Positions 18,594 to 28,422 of a stretch of 54,028 nucleotides of DNA are shown here, piece by piece. The translations under genes and the position numbers were made by a program. The stretch is from a virus. Its lineage: Duplodnaviria > Caudoviricetes. Every line of letters starts with the position of its first letter. The stretch's first letter is position 1. The stretch is from IMG/VR virus record IMGVR_UViG_3300021137_000021, positions 1-54,028 of that record. One strand, 5' to 3'. The notes under the pieces are model-generated. The model searched no databases. It was not told the origin of the DNA and was given only the letters and a program-made list of their open reading frames with translations.

Positions 18594-20348
18594 TTACATT
18601 CCGCCTGATACTGTTACGTTTAGGTTAGCCGCTGTTAAGTATGCAATTTGATTTGCACTTAGTAAGATAGTTGCAGCACTTGCTGCACCTGTAGTGTTAA
18701 GCACGGTTACGTTAGCTGAGATAACTCCGTTAATTCCCTGCAGTGCTGAGGTTACTGCAGACAAAGCAATAGTCTCACCAAAAGTATTGTTGTCATAGCT
18801 AAACATGCCGCCCGTACCTAGCATAGCCTCATAGGCTGCTAGCTTTACATCTGAATTCTTATAGGCAGATGATACGTTTAGGGTTGCTGAGATATACACA
18901 GGGACATACTGTGGAGGCAAGATAGTAGTTGTTGATCCTACTAAAGTATTGTTAGCTAAAGCATTTGCAACATTTGTCTGTAGCGTTGTCCAAGCAGGGG
19001 TAACTGTTTGGTCAATGGCGTATCCTCCAGCAATAAGAGATGCTGTAGTGGTGTTAGCAATGGTAAAGCTAAATGGTGCTGTAGTAGTTACCCCAGTAAT
19101 TACTGAGCCTGTGGTGTTATATCCAGAAGGATTCATGCCCGTAATAACTACAGTATCTCCAGTTGAGAACTGATGTGCGTACAAGGTGTAGTAAGTTACC
19201 GCAGAACCAGTAGTAGCAACTGAGACAATAGTGGCTTGTGGGAATCCAGGGGCAGCGCTATTATCATTCATAGGTTGAATGTAAAGACGAACAGAAGAAT
19301 AGACGCTTGCCATAGCGCTAGCTTTTCCTACACCAGGGACAGTCAATGCAAGGTTTGCATAGTCAGCCAGTGTAACGGCTCTTCCTTGAGCCGCTAGTGC
19401 TGCTTTAATCTTTTTCTTAATCTGAGTAGAATCATCACCATCAGTTCCGCCAGTTGCTGGACCAGAATTGATTACTGTGAAGTATGTTGTAACTTGTGGG
19501 TCCAAGTTTCCAGGTACAAAGGTTAATGCATTGATTGCGCCGGAGTTAATATTTCCTGCAGCTCCTACGCTTGACTTGTAGAGGCAGCTTACAATCTGTC
19601 CGGCAGGAGGAATATAACCATTAACGTTATCTCCAAAGACAATGTCTACAGACCCATCTGCATTTCTTGCTGTAGTAAATACTGTGTCTGTTGGGCCCCA
19701 CTCAAGAAGGTTATCTACATATGTCCACGTGGTAAACGCAACACCTTGTCCAACGTATACGTTAATAGAGGAGTCAACTACTCCCAGATCAATAATAGAA
19801 AACAGTTGGTTCTCTAAACCAGACGAGGTTCCTAGATTTGCAGGCAGAGGCTTGTTGTATGTTGGATCAATAAGGTCAGGACGATCTGTATTAACCGTCT
19901 TTCCTTCTTGAGCTGGAAGAGTAATACTGGCTCCGCCAGAAACTGCAGTTGCTCCAGTAGTTACTTCAAAGTAAACCTGTGAGTATGGCCCAAATGATAG
20001 GGGAGCCATAACCTGCGTGCCTACGGGAATATCTATGGCATTAGAGGTGTTGTTAGTAAAGGTTACGTTAACTACTGCAGGCGTTGGTCCAGAGACGTGG
20101 TAGTCATATAGGCCAGCTAGGCTAAGAAGGGTAGAGGACTGGACTGCGGTATCAATGCTTGCCTCATTAGCAATGCGGTCTAGATAGTGAGACATGACAT
20201 CGCCCATATACGCAAAAGCTTCAATAAGCACGTTGCCTAGGTCTGAATAATCTGTAGGATCCCAAGAGGTGTTAGTCCTCTGACCAATCAAAGTAATTAG
20301 GTCATTCTTTAGAGAAGCAAAGTCCCTAGAGGTATAGTCAATTTGCAT
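18594..20348 (-). CDS. Baseplate wedge protein (J / T4 gp6-like)
   Basis: IDYTSRDFASLK, DLGNVLIEAFAY, FGDNVNG.IP, GGTDGD, RAVTLADY. Confidence 0.9.
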   Translation of the reverse strand: MQIDYTSRDFASLKNDLITLIGQRTNTSWDPTDYSDLGNVLIEAFAYMGDVMSHYLDRIANEASIDTAVQSSTLLSLAGLYDYHVSGPTPAVVNVTFTNNTSNAIDIPVGTQVMAPLSFGPYSQVYFEVTTGATAVSGGASITLPAQEGKTVNTDRPDLIDPTYNKPLPANLGTSSGLENQLFSIIDLGVVDSSINVYVGQGVAFTTWTYVDNLLEWGPTDTVFTTARNADGSVDIVFGDNVNGYIPPAGQIVSCLYKSSVGAAGNINSGAINALTFVPGNLDPQVTTYFTVINSGPATGGTDGDDSTQIKKKIKAALAAQGRAVTLADYANLALTVPGVGKASAMASVYSSVRLYIQPMNDNSAAPGFPQATIVSVATTGSAVTYYTLYAHQFSTGDTVVITGMNPSGYNTTGSVITGVTTTAPFSFTIANTTTASLIAGGYAIDQTVTPAWTTLQTNVANALANNTLVGSTTTILPPQYVPVYISATLNVSSAYKNSDVKLAAYEAMLGTGGMFSYDNNTFGETIALSAVTSALQGINGVISANVTVLNTTGAASAATILLSANQIAYLTAANLNVTVSGGM

Positions 20349-20350
20349 CG

Positions 20351-20740
20351 TTATCCCGCAATCGTTCCGTTGTAGTTAAGTAGATTACTGTTAACAGTAA
20401 CATTGGTAGTGGTATCGTCTGGCAAAGTAAGTTCTAAAGTTACGTATTCAATACCTTGTCCAGAACCTATGCCAAACAGAACATTGTTAACCTTGACCTC
20501 TGGAATCCAGGTAGCGATTGCTGACCGGATAGCTGCAGAGATTGCTGGCTGTGCCTGATTGTCATTTTCAAAGAGTGATGTACTCCAGTCTACGCCATAG
20601 GTAGGAAGCATAGGGCGCTGTCCAACACTAGTTGATAGAAGGGTCAAAACTCTATCCAAGTATATCTTAGGCGCATTACTTGTAGACCCTACAACCCCAG
20701 AGGTGTCTAGGGTATATGGGTAGTTAATACTAACACTCAT
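20351..20740 (-). CDS. Baseplate wedge subunit (gp25/W-like)
   Basis: LLSTSVGQRPMLPTYG...AIATWIPEV. Confidence 0.85.
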   Translation of the reverse strand: MSVSINYPYTLDTSGVVGSTSNAPKIYLDRVLTLLSTSVGQRPMLPTYGVDWSTSLFENDNQAQPAISAAIRSAIATWIPEVKVNNVLFGIGSGQGIEYVTLELTLPDDTTTNVTVNSNLLNYNGTIAG

Positions 20741-21132
20741 GGTTGTACTCCGATCCATACAGGGTATTCAGGATCCCCAGCTTGAAACATTACCCAAACG
20801 TTTTGTCCAACTTTAGGTAGTACTGGAAGAACCGGCGTGCTCTTAGGAACAATAGTTAGGGCAGGAATAGATACTGAACCGCCTTGTGGATCTGCTGCAG
20901 TAGTGGCTGTAGTTGTTAGGGAAGCAGCTACTTGCGAAGCTAGATGTGTCATTGGTATACAGGCCGGAATCCAGTTTGTAATCTGTGTGCCATGAATCTG
21001 TGGGATCTGGACCTGAATCCTATATTTATTAATAGGGTCTGAAATGCTAGTTACAACAGCTGAGTATATTCCGTAGAATCGGTGGCGGCCCTGAGCATCA
21101 AGACCGTACTCTGTATCTTTTGGCAAAGTCAT
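20737..21132 (-). CDS. Baseplate spike OB-fold protein (gp5/GpV N-terminal-like)
   Basis: FYGIYSAVV...DP...RIQVQIP...PKVGQNVWVMFQAGDPEYPVWIG. Confidence 0.85.
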   Translation of the reverse strand: MTLPKDTEYGLDAQGRHRFYGIYSAVVTSISDPINKYRIQVQIPQIHGTQITNWIPACIPMTHLASQVAASLTTTATTAADPQGGSVSIPALTIVPKSTPVLPVLPKVGQNVWVMFQAGDPEYPVWIGVQP

Positions 21133-21737
21133 CGCAGAACCTTTCCATTGCTCTTAGAGACCCATTGTACAGTTCTTTTCACGTTCTTTAGATTAGGTGC
21201 CTTACCTTTGCTAGTTCCTGAGACAGCAGGCACGGCAACCGGAGAAGTTGAGACTATAGCAGTAGGCTCACTAGCACTGCTTACTGGATCTAAGCTATTA
21301 GCATTGGGAGACAAAGAGTACTGAGAAAGCTGAGCACCGGAAGAGGTTAAGGACTGTCCAGCTAGGTCGCTTTGAATATCCCGAACCTGAGAATTCTTTG
21401 CTGCATTCGGGTTAGTATCTCCTATAACATCTGTGCCTACTTCAACCTTCATGGTGTACTTGGCTGGGGCACCACCAAAAATATGTCGAACAGATAGAAC
21501 AGTCCAATAACCTGACATACCATTTGGTAGACCATCTAAATAGATAGGGTCATATGGGCGAAGGTCTGCGTTACCTACAAGGATTACTTCCGCCCTATGC
21601 TGGTAACGATGAGCCTCAGAATAATTCTCAGCAATTAACTTAGACTCAGTAAGGCTAGTAGATACCTCATAAACATGGTGCTTTTGATAGCTAGCTTTTG
21701 GGGTTGAATTAGGAGTGTTGTTTGAAAAGTTGCTCAT
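21129..21737 (-). CDS. Baseplate hub (gpD/gp27-like), C-terminal part
   Basis: VGNADLRPYDPIYLDGL...SGYWTVLSVRHIF is the typical hub C-terminal barrel. Confidence 0.65.
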   Translation of the reverse strand: MSNFSNNTPNSTPKASYQKHHVYEVSTSLTESKLIAENYSEAHRYQHRAEVILVGNADLRPYDPIYLDGLPNGMSGYWTVLSVRHIFGGAPAKYTMKVEVGTDVIGDTNPNAAKNSQVRDIQSDLAGQSLTSSGAQLSQYSLSPNANSLDPVSSASEPTAIVSTSPVAVPAVSGTSKGKAPNLKNVKRTVQWVSKSNGKVLR

Positions 21738-22597
21738 TTTTTAAAGTAACTTTCATTAGGAATAACAATGCCTGGGTTAGTAGGAAGAGGTCCTTTATGA
21801 GGATGCTTAGACTTAATAAGCTTACCACTTTGCTTATCTGTTCCCGCAATAACTCTATCAACACGTATTCCCATCTCAGGGGATTGATCAGAAATTATAG
21901 GCTGGAATGCTAGGACTGTTCCAGTCATACGAAGTTCTCTTGGGGTTACACCAGTAGTCTCACTATCAACATATTTAAAGTAAGGTGCGCTGTTCTTTTT
22001 ATTCTGAAAGATTTTATCTTTAGATACAAAAAAGATTGTGGTATTTTCAACTAAGAAAGCAAACCCACTGACCTTAGCTAAACGAATAAACCATTGCCAG
22101 TAGCTCTCACCGGTATGGGCAATGCTGTCTTTTACACGGCCATGCTTTTGAGTAATTACCTCAAAGCCTTTTGACTTTCCTGCTGCAGTAACTGCCTGGT
22201 CAAAGGTCATGTTCTTATAGATCTTTTGATCAGTGTCTTTAAGAATAGCCGATGCCCCAACGCACACAATGTCTGTATTACCACCCTGGTGTGTATTATC
22301 CTGGCTTACGTGATTTACATACCCATGCCAAGTAGATGTTAACTTACCTGAACTAAAAGAAAAAATAACAGGGTCGTTAGAAACAATCGCCCCTCTTTTA
22401 AGCAAAGGCTTACCCTTAAAGTGCAGGACAAGACGATCATGTTGTTCAATATCTTGATGTAATTCTGCACCAATAAGTAAAAGATCCATATCAGGTGCTT
22501 TAGGAAAGTTAACAAAGAATGAACTATCGGCAGCATTAGAATGCCAAACAAAGTTTTGCTGTGCAGAAGTGTCTTGAGTAAAATTATTAGTTGCCAT
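21734..22597 (-). CDS. Baseplate hub (gpD/gp27-like), N-terminal part
   Basis: WHGYV...IVCVG...GESYWQWFIRLAKVSGF...ENTTIFF; follows the LysM-like gene. Confidence 0.7.
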   Translation of the reverse strand: MATNNFTQDTSAQQNFVWHSNAADSSFFVNFPKAPDMDLLLIGAELHQDIEQHDRLVLHFKGKPLLKRGAIVSNDPVIFSFSSGKLTSTWHGYVNHVSQDNTHQGGNTDIVCVGASAILKDTDQKIYKNMTFDQAVTAAGKSKGFEVITQKHGRVKDSIAHTGESYWQWFIRLAKVSGFAFLVENTTIFFVSKDKIFQNKKNSAPYFKYVDSETTGVTPRELRMTGTVLAFQPIISDQSPEMGIRVDRVIAGTDKQSGKLIKSKHPHKGPLPTNPGIVIPNESYFKK

Positions 22598-22868
22598 ATG
22601 GAACCCTTATAACTGTTCCCGGCAATATAGAGAATGGATCAGAGATCTCCGGATTGATGTCCATAATCTCCCACCAGTATTTAGATCCACCACAATAGAC
22701 AGCCGCTAAGTTTGCAAGACTATCCCCATCTTTCCAGGAGTATGTAAGATAGTTAACTGCTTTAGAACTTGGAAAAGCCCTGTATACAGAGATCTCATAA
22801 ACCCCTGTGTACTTATTAGGGGTTTGTCCAAGAGGACCATCATAGTATCTAGATACACGCTCAATCAT
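22587..22868 (-). CDS. LysM-like baseplate protein (tail X/gp53-like)
   Basis: WKDGDSLANLA...WWEIMDINPEISDPFSILPGTVIRVP. Confidence 0.85.
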   Translation of the reverse strand: MIERVSRYYDGPLGQTPNKYTGVYEISVYRAFPSSKAVNYLTYSWKDGDSLANLAAVYCGGSKYWWEIMDINPEISDPFSILPGTVIRVPYGN

Positions 22869-24763
22869 GGCTTTGTTCCTGTCGAAGAAGTTGCGCTTGT
22901 AACAGCATTGATAAACGCTGTTTCAGATACAGTCTTAACACTTCCAGTAGTATTAGTGCTATTCCAAATAGCAGGGTACCTACTAAAGGTAATGTTTACT
23001 ACGCTCAATACAGGAACCATACGTAGATCAAAGATCATATGGTTTACTGTAAGGTTAGCTACAGATCCAAAGTACCTTAGGTTATCGTTAAGCTGAAGCC
23101 AGCAAGGCATACCAGTAGTATATCCAAAATCTGCTGTAACTCCAGAACCACGATAGCTTTCGTCAAGCAGTAGGGCATTCTTACGTGGGTCGCCATTTAA
23201 TACCCGGTACAAAAACTCAACGTCATATTCAGTACCACGGTTTAAAATACCTTGAACATGCTCTTCTGAAAGTCCCCCGGTATTTGGATATGCTCCAGCA
23301 AGATCACTTCCGCCTTGTGGATAGTCTCTTAAGTAGGACATATCAATAATGCGGTTTAAATAAAGCTCAAAGGTTACTGACTGATTGCCCTGTAGAAGAA
23401 CAGACGGATCAGAAGAACCAAGGGTCCAATCTACGTTATTGCTTGCAGCAGTGCTATAAGAAAAGGTAGTGGGGTTATACATAAATCTAAATCCCCATTG
23501 AGGAGCGGTCTCACCTTTTCCAACAGCCAGGTTTTTAATATTATCTGGGTTGGTATTCAAAGCAGCGGCACCCTTAGGATCTTGAAATATCTTTCCCTGA
23601 TTCCCTGCAGTATATTTAGAAACTACATCTCTAGCAGTAACTGCATCAAGCTGCGAACCATTATATGCATAGCCTGTAATTAGGTTAGAAATATAAGGTT
23701 GATTTCTACTAAAAATGTGAGGATATGGATTAAACCTAGCAGAAGGAAGATTGGAAGTATTAGTGTTTGTAGGTATGTTTGCATTTGATGGCTTTGTAGG
23801 TGCGGGGACTCTACCCGTAGTTTGGCCTTGACAGTCTGCAAGAATAATGTCGTGTATCTTTGTCTTAGCATCCGTAATGCCTTTAGTGTCTGTCTGCTTG
23901 ACATTAAGATATGGGCCACTGAAGTACCTATATGTTGAGGAGTCGCCGCTCACGCCTGCAGTATACGTAGCCCAGTTATATGTTCCTGCGCCAGTCTTTT
24001 GATCATAGGTAGTTGATCCAATAAACAAAGCAAACCATTGTTTTTGACACTTGTCAAATACTACGCTTAGAGATCCACCGCCCCCACCATTTCCAGCAGT
24101 AGTCCATTCTTTCTTGCTTTCAATAAAGGTAGTAAAACCATTAGGGTAGGTAGGAATAGGTACGGCAGTGCCTACGGTTACAGTAGGTATTTGATTAAGA
24201 GCAGTAAGAGAAGTAATGTTTCCTACGCTGGTGTCCCCACCGTAAGTTCCTTGAAAGTTGTTTGGACTGAAGCTACAGTATAAGTTTACATAGTTAGTAA
24301 TAGCCGTATTAGGTTGAAGAAGGCGGGTGCTAAACCAGTAGACTGCCCCACTAGATGGGCTACTTACAATATTGCTTGACCCACTATTTGTGTGAGCACC
24401 AATGTATGTTCCGCTTCCACCCGTATCAAAATACTTACTATCGGAACCAAAATCCATATGCAAACCGGTACCGACATCATTTCCTGTTAACCAGTAGTAG
24501 GTTTTGACGCCGCTTACATTTTTAATTTGATATACACGAACTAAATAATGAACAGTAAACCCTACCTGAACCTCAAACTTTGTTACAGTAGGGGTAGCTA
24601 GCTGAGAAACTGTTGGCTCAGCTTGAATCTGAATAAGGTTAGGATAAATTGATGGATCAAAAGTAGCACCACCTAGACTTACAGCCAAAGGTTCAGTGGT
24701 AGCAGATTGCTTCCAATCAACATAGGTCTGTACTGTATACCCATAAGAATATGTGGTTGCCAT
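22865..24763 (-). CDS. Tail tube initiator-like protein with long N-terminal extension
   Basis: C-terminal GFRFMYNP...VTFELYL...NHMIFD.RMVP; sits between tape measure and LysM genes. Confidence 0.6.
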   Translation of the reverse strand: MATTYSYGYTVQTYVDWKQSATTEPLAVSLGGATFDPSIYPNLIQIQAEPTVSQLATPTVTKFEVQVGFTVHYLVRVYQIKNVSGVKTYYWLTGNDVGTGLHMDFGSDSKYFDTGGSGTYIGAHTNSGSSNIVSSPSSGAVYWFSTRLLQPNTAITNYVNLYCSFSPNNFQGTYGGDTSVGNITSLTALNQIPTVTVGTAVPIPTYPNGFTTFIESKKEWTTAGNGGGGGSLSVVFDKCQKQWFALFIGSTTYDQKTGAGTYNWATYTAGVSGDSSTYRYFSGPYLNVKQTDTKGITDAKTKIHDIILADCQGQTTGRVPAPTKPSNANIPTNTNTSNLPSARFNPYPHIFSRNQPYISNLITGYAYNGSQLDAVTARDVVSKYTAGNQGKIFQDPKGAAALNTNPDNIKNLAVGKGETAPQWGFRFMYNPTTFSYSTAASNNVDWTLGSSDPSVLLQGNQSVTFELYLNRIIDMSYLRDYPQGGSDLAGAYPNTGGLSEEHVQGILNRGTEYDVEFLYRVLNGDPRKNALLLDESYRGSGVTADFGYTTGMPCWLQLNDNLRYFGSVANLTVNHMIFDLRMVPVLSVVNITFSRYPAIWNSTNTTGSVKTVSETAFINAVTSATSSTGTKP

Positions 24764-27435
24764 TAGATAGCTCCTCCAAGGCTCTTAAGCACTGCGCTGT
24801 TCTTCAATTCTTGACCCACCATACTTACTAGCCGCTTAGCTTCAGCTACGCTTGATTGAGCAATCTGTACCTTCATATTTAGGTTTACAACTACTGCCCC
24901 ACCATGAGCAGAAGAGGTTACCACAGAAGGACCACCTACACCAGTAGGCAGTCTAGAAGCAATAGAGGCTGTTCCTAGATCTCCAGTAGGTCCACCGTAA
25001 CCTGGGATGTGTGTTCCCCAAGGCGATTGGTCTACCGCAGTAAGAACTGCTGCCGTATTGTTACCTGCAGTAAGCGCAGAAAGAATGCTCTTATAGAGCC
25101 CATTATTTAAAGTCTGGATAGTTGCTTGGTAGCCTTGATCCCAGCTGGTGTAGGACTTAACACCTTCGGAGTTCATGTTAGTTGCGCCCTTTTCACCCTG
25201 GGTAGTATTAAGTGGGTTGTAGTGTGCAGAGTTATGCCACTGGCCACCTTCCCAAGCAGACCAAGTTGTAAGGGCTGTAATATTATCTTTTGTTACAGGC
25301 TTTCCTAGCTTTGTGAGAAGAGTCTTAGCCCAATCTTGTTGGCTACCTGTTCCCAAAATAGTTCCCGCAGTAACAGAAGTCTTTCCCTTAATAAAGGATA
25401 GTGACCTTCCATCACCCAAGTTGTGTCCGGCATTCTGTCCAAACATATTATCCAAAGCTGTGCTTCCTGGTGTAGAGGCAAGGCTGCTAATGAGAGAGTT
25501 TATATCTTGGCTAGATAAACCAGATCCTGTAGGAGTTGTTGTCTTTGAACCAGGTGTGCCCGATGTAGCCCCCTGTAGATATGGGGCTGGGTTAACCTTC
25601 TTGCCATTAACAAGAACTTCAAAGTGAAGGTGTGGGCCAGTTGAGTTACCTGTGTTACCGGATAGACCAATAACTGTTCCACCAGAAACTTTTTGACCTC
25701 TTGATACTGAGATCTGCTTTAAGTGTGCATAGCGGGTTCTGTATGAGCCATGGTCAATTTCAATATAGTTACCGTAACCTCCGCCGTTACCAACAATGGT
25801 TACAACACCATCATCGTGAGCGTAAACCTTAGTACCCAACTTAGCGCCAAAGTCAAGACCTGCGTGGAATCCTTTAGTCTTTGCTCCACCACCACGTTGT
25901 CCGTAAGGAGATGTTACAGGTGTTCCTCTAGGAACAGGGGTGACATTTTGGTGTCCTCCGCTTATTGGCCCACCAATACCTGTATGACCCATGTTACCGT
26001 GGTCATAAGCTCCTCCTGCAGCAGCAGCTACTGCAGCTGTTTCACCAACAGCTAAAGCGTCTTCTGCACCCAAAGCAAGATCTTCTAAAATACTGCTACC
26101 CTTAAATGGGTTATGGAACTGGCCTTTAACAAAGTTAAATGCTTTTCCTAAGAAAGACTCACCCTTTTTTACAAACTTTCCGTTTGACATTACTGGGCCA
26201 ATTGCTTTTTCTGCTGGTTTACCAAGCACACCTTTTAACGCACGCTTAGTAGCATATGCATTAATGCCTGCAGAGGCCGCTGCGCTTCCAATACCTGAAA
26301 GAGTACCTCCAACGTTACCTGCTCCTGGGAACGTGTCTAAGATTCCTTTGAGGCCCATTAAAGCACTAGTGACGCCTTTAGCAGCATTAGCTACGCTAGT
26401 AAAATCATTGGTTAAAGCGGCATTGGTATTTAAGGCAGTGTTGTATCCGCCAACTAATCCCTGCTCTGTTGCGGCAAGGGCTCCAGCTTGAGCAGTGTTG
26501 TTTGTGAAGTTGGAGTACATAGGGCTTGACTTATCAACATTCATAGCTCCAAGCATGGTCTTAGCATTGCCCATTTGAGAGGAAGTAATGTCGCTTCCAA
26601 TTTGAGCACGGGCCATGATGCCCGACTGAAGAGTCTGCATCAAGGCCTGGTTGCCGCCAGCTACTTGCTGAAGTACTTGATAACCTTTACCGCCAGGATT
26701 AAGAACTGCTGTTGAAGCCTGCTGTGCAGAAATCTTTTGTCCACGGAAGAGGGCGTTGTAGACAGAGTTAACAATCTGATTAGGTGGGAGCAAGTTACCT
26801 TGACTATCACGAACACGGATACCAAGACGCAGAAAGTTCATTCCATTAACGCCACCCATAGCACCGGCAACTTGTTCGTTGCTCATGCCAGTCATGGCAC
26901 TCAAGCCTGCAATCTGAGTCATGACATTCTGAGAGCTCATTGAGTTAGCTGTGTAACCCATGTTAGATAAAGTCATAGCAGCCATGGTTGGACCCATAGC
27001 GCTTGTGGCACCCATACCAACTTGAGAGTTGGCCATTCGGGTTGCCTGCATATTTGACATGCCAGCAAAACCGGCATAAGTTGATGCACCCATAGCTTGA
27101 GTTACTGCAGCCATGGTGCTTGGTGCCATTGACATAGCTGTGGCACCTACAGCTACAACGCCTAGTCCTAGACCGGTTGCAGCTTGAGCTGGGCTAAATG
27201 AACCTAGCCCTAGTCTTCCTGAACCCACATTCTGTGAGCCAACAAGACCGGAAGTCTTTTTAATATCGGCAGATGTGCTCTTCCAGTCGTCACTGATTCG
27301 CTTGACAACTTTTTCTACTTCTGTAAAGAGCTTAAGAAGTTCTTTAGGCATGTCGTCAAAAGATGTACTGCCAACAGTACCTAGACCCTCAGGTGTATCT
27401 GAGGCTCCGACCATATTGCCAAAAGCATCTGCCAT
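24763..27435 (-). CDS. Tape measure protein with M23 peptidase and a second putative muralytic domain
   Basis: Ala/Gly/Met-rich helical N-terminal half; M23 motifs HAGLDF, YAHL, GPHLHFEV; later WEGG...YNPLNTT...YTSWDQG domain. Confidence 0.85.
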   Translation of the reverse strand: MADAFGNMVGASDTPEGLGTVGSTSFDDMPKELLKLFTEVEKVVKRISDDWKSTSADIKKTSGLVGSQNVGSGRLGLGSFSPAQAATGLGLGVVAVGATAMSMAPSTMAAVTQAMGASTYAGFAGMSNMQATRMANSQVGMGATSAMGPTMAAMTLSNMGYTANSMSSQNVMTQIAGLSAMTGMSNEQVAGAMGGVNGMNFLRLGIRVRDSQGNLLPPNQIVNSVYNALFRGQKISAQQASTAVLNPGGKGYQVLQQVAGGNQALMQTLQSGIMARAQIGSDITSSQMGNAKTMLGAMNVDKSSPMYSNFTNNTAQAGALAATEQGLVGGYNTALNTNAALTNDFTSVANAAKGVTSALMGLKGILDTFPGAGNVGGTLSGIGSAAASAGINAYATKRALKGVLGKPAEKAIGPVMSNGKFVKKGESFLGKAFNFVKGQFHNPFKGSSILEDLALGAEDALAVGETAAVAAAAGGAYDHGNMGHTGIGGPISGGHQNVTPVPRGTPVTSPYGQRGGGAKTKGFHAGLDFGAKLGTKVYAHDDGVVTIVGNGGGYGNYIEIDHGSYRTRYAHLKQISVSRGQKVSGGTVIGLSGNTGNSTGPHLHFEVLVNGKKVNPAPYLQGATSGTPGSKTTTPTGSGLSSQDINSLISSLASTPGSTALDNMFGQNAGHNLGDGRSLSFIKGKTSVTAGTILGTGSQQDWAKTLLTKLGKPVTKDNITALTTWSAWEGGQWHNSAHYNPLNTTQGEKGATNMNSEGVKSYTSWDQGYQATIQTLNNGLYKSILSALTAGNNTAAVLTAVDQSPWGTHIPGYGGPTGDLGTASIASRLPTGVGGPSVVTSSAHGGAVVVNLNMKVQIAQSSVAEAKRLVSMVGQELKNSAVLKSLGGAI

Positions 27436-27440
27436 TTAAA

Positions 27441-27590
27441 TCACCGCCTTCTTCCTGTAGCTCTATTCAACCAGTTAAGACGTTCCCTTAAACTTAGAGA
27501 ACGTAGTTCCGTAAGAGACCATCCAGGATAGTATTGACTTATTAAGTCATACATCTCTATGAGAGTCTCATAGTTTATTTCGTTAGCGAA
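27441..27590 (-). CDS. Short tail-assembly-chaperone extension ORF (not in ORF track; +1 frame relative to upstream gene)
   Basis: FANEINYETLIEMYDLISQYYPGWSLTELRSLSLRERLNWLNRATGRRR; 'GW...E...L...ER..W' resembles GpE'/gp51-type chaperones; fills the gap before the tape measure gene. Internal ATG at 27554. Confidence 0.72.
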   Translation of the reverse strand, partial: FANEINYETLIEMYDLISQYYPGWSLTELRSLSLRERLNWLNRATGRRR

Positions 27591-28398
27591 ACAACTCCGC
27601 CAAGGTTAGCGGAAGCGGTACCTCCGTGCCGCAGGCACTGCAAGGTACTTTAATTTCACTGAGTTGTGGGCCAGGGTTGCGGTTTGTAATCTCTTCTAAA
27701 ATATCTCTGCGATCCTTAATGCTTAGGTTTCTAACCACGCTAGGATCAATCACAGGAGCATCATTGATAGATACTACACAGTGACTTAAGATAATTGTAT
27801 CTAATTCTGCAGTAGTTTTGTTGTTTGAAGCTACGATTGCTTTCTGAGCTGAGCCCTTTGGCAGTGTAACTACAACCTTTCCTACCTTACAATCTAGTAC
27901 AAATTCTCCAGGACCTTCTAGGGTCTTTACTGGAACATCTTTGTCTAGATCAATATCAAAGACCTGCTCTTCACCACAGTGTGGGCAGTTAGCAGGGCCA
28001 AGCTTTACATCTGACCCAAAGGTTACCTTCCTAATAGCTAGGAGAATAGCCTCACGGTCTCCTGCATATAGGGAGTCAAGAAGACCTTCAGTAGATGCTT
28101 CTTCACCGATCTTTACAGTTCCCCGGCTTAAAATAGTAAGAAGAGCCTTACCTGTGTCTGTGATTTTAGAGATTGCCTCTTCATCAATACCGGTAAGCTC
28201 CCTTACTTCTGCTGCGGTAATCAATCCGGTAAACGGATCAAGTAGTCCAGCAGGCAATGTAACATCTGTTGCAGGAGGCAACTTGGTTTCAGGCTTTAGT
28301 GCCTTTACGGTTGCCTCCTGAGCAGACATTGCATCTGCAGCAAGTTTATTTGCTACTTGTGGATCTTGTGCCGCATTAATAGTCTTATTAGTAGTCAT
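27583..28398 (-). CDS. Tail assembly chaperone / baseplate hub assembly protein (T4 gp26-like)
   Basis: VRELTGIDEE, GDREAILLAIRKVTFG, CPHC and CSAC; between tube and tape measure genes. Confidence 0.78.
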   Translation of the reverse strand: MTTNKTINAAQDPQVANKLAADAMSAQEATVKALKPETKLPPATDVTLPAGLLDPFTGLITAAEVRELTGIDEEAISKITDTGKALLTILSRGTVKIGEEASTEGLLDSLYAGDREAILLAIRKVTFGSDVKLGPANCPHCGEEQVFDIDLDKDVPVKTLEGPGEFVLDCKVGKVVVTLPKGSAQKAIVASNNKTTAELDTIILSHCVVSINDAPVIDPSVVRNLSIKDRRDILEEITNRNPGPQLSEIKVPCSACGTEVPLPLTLAELFR

Positions 28399-28422
28399 TT
28401 TATATACCTTTAGTTAGTTTGA

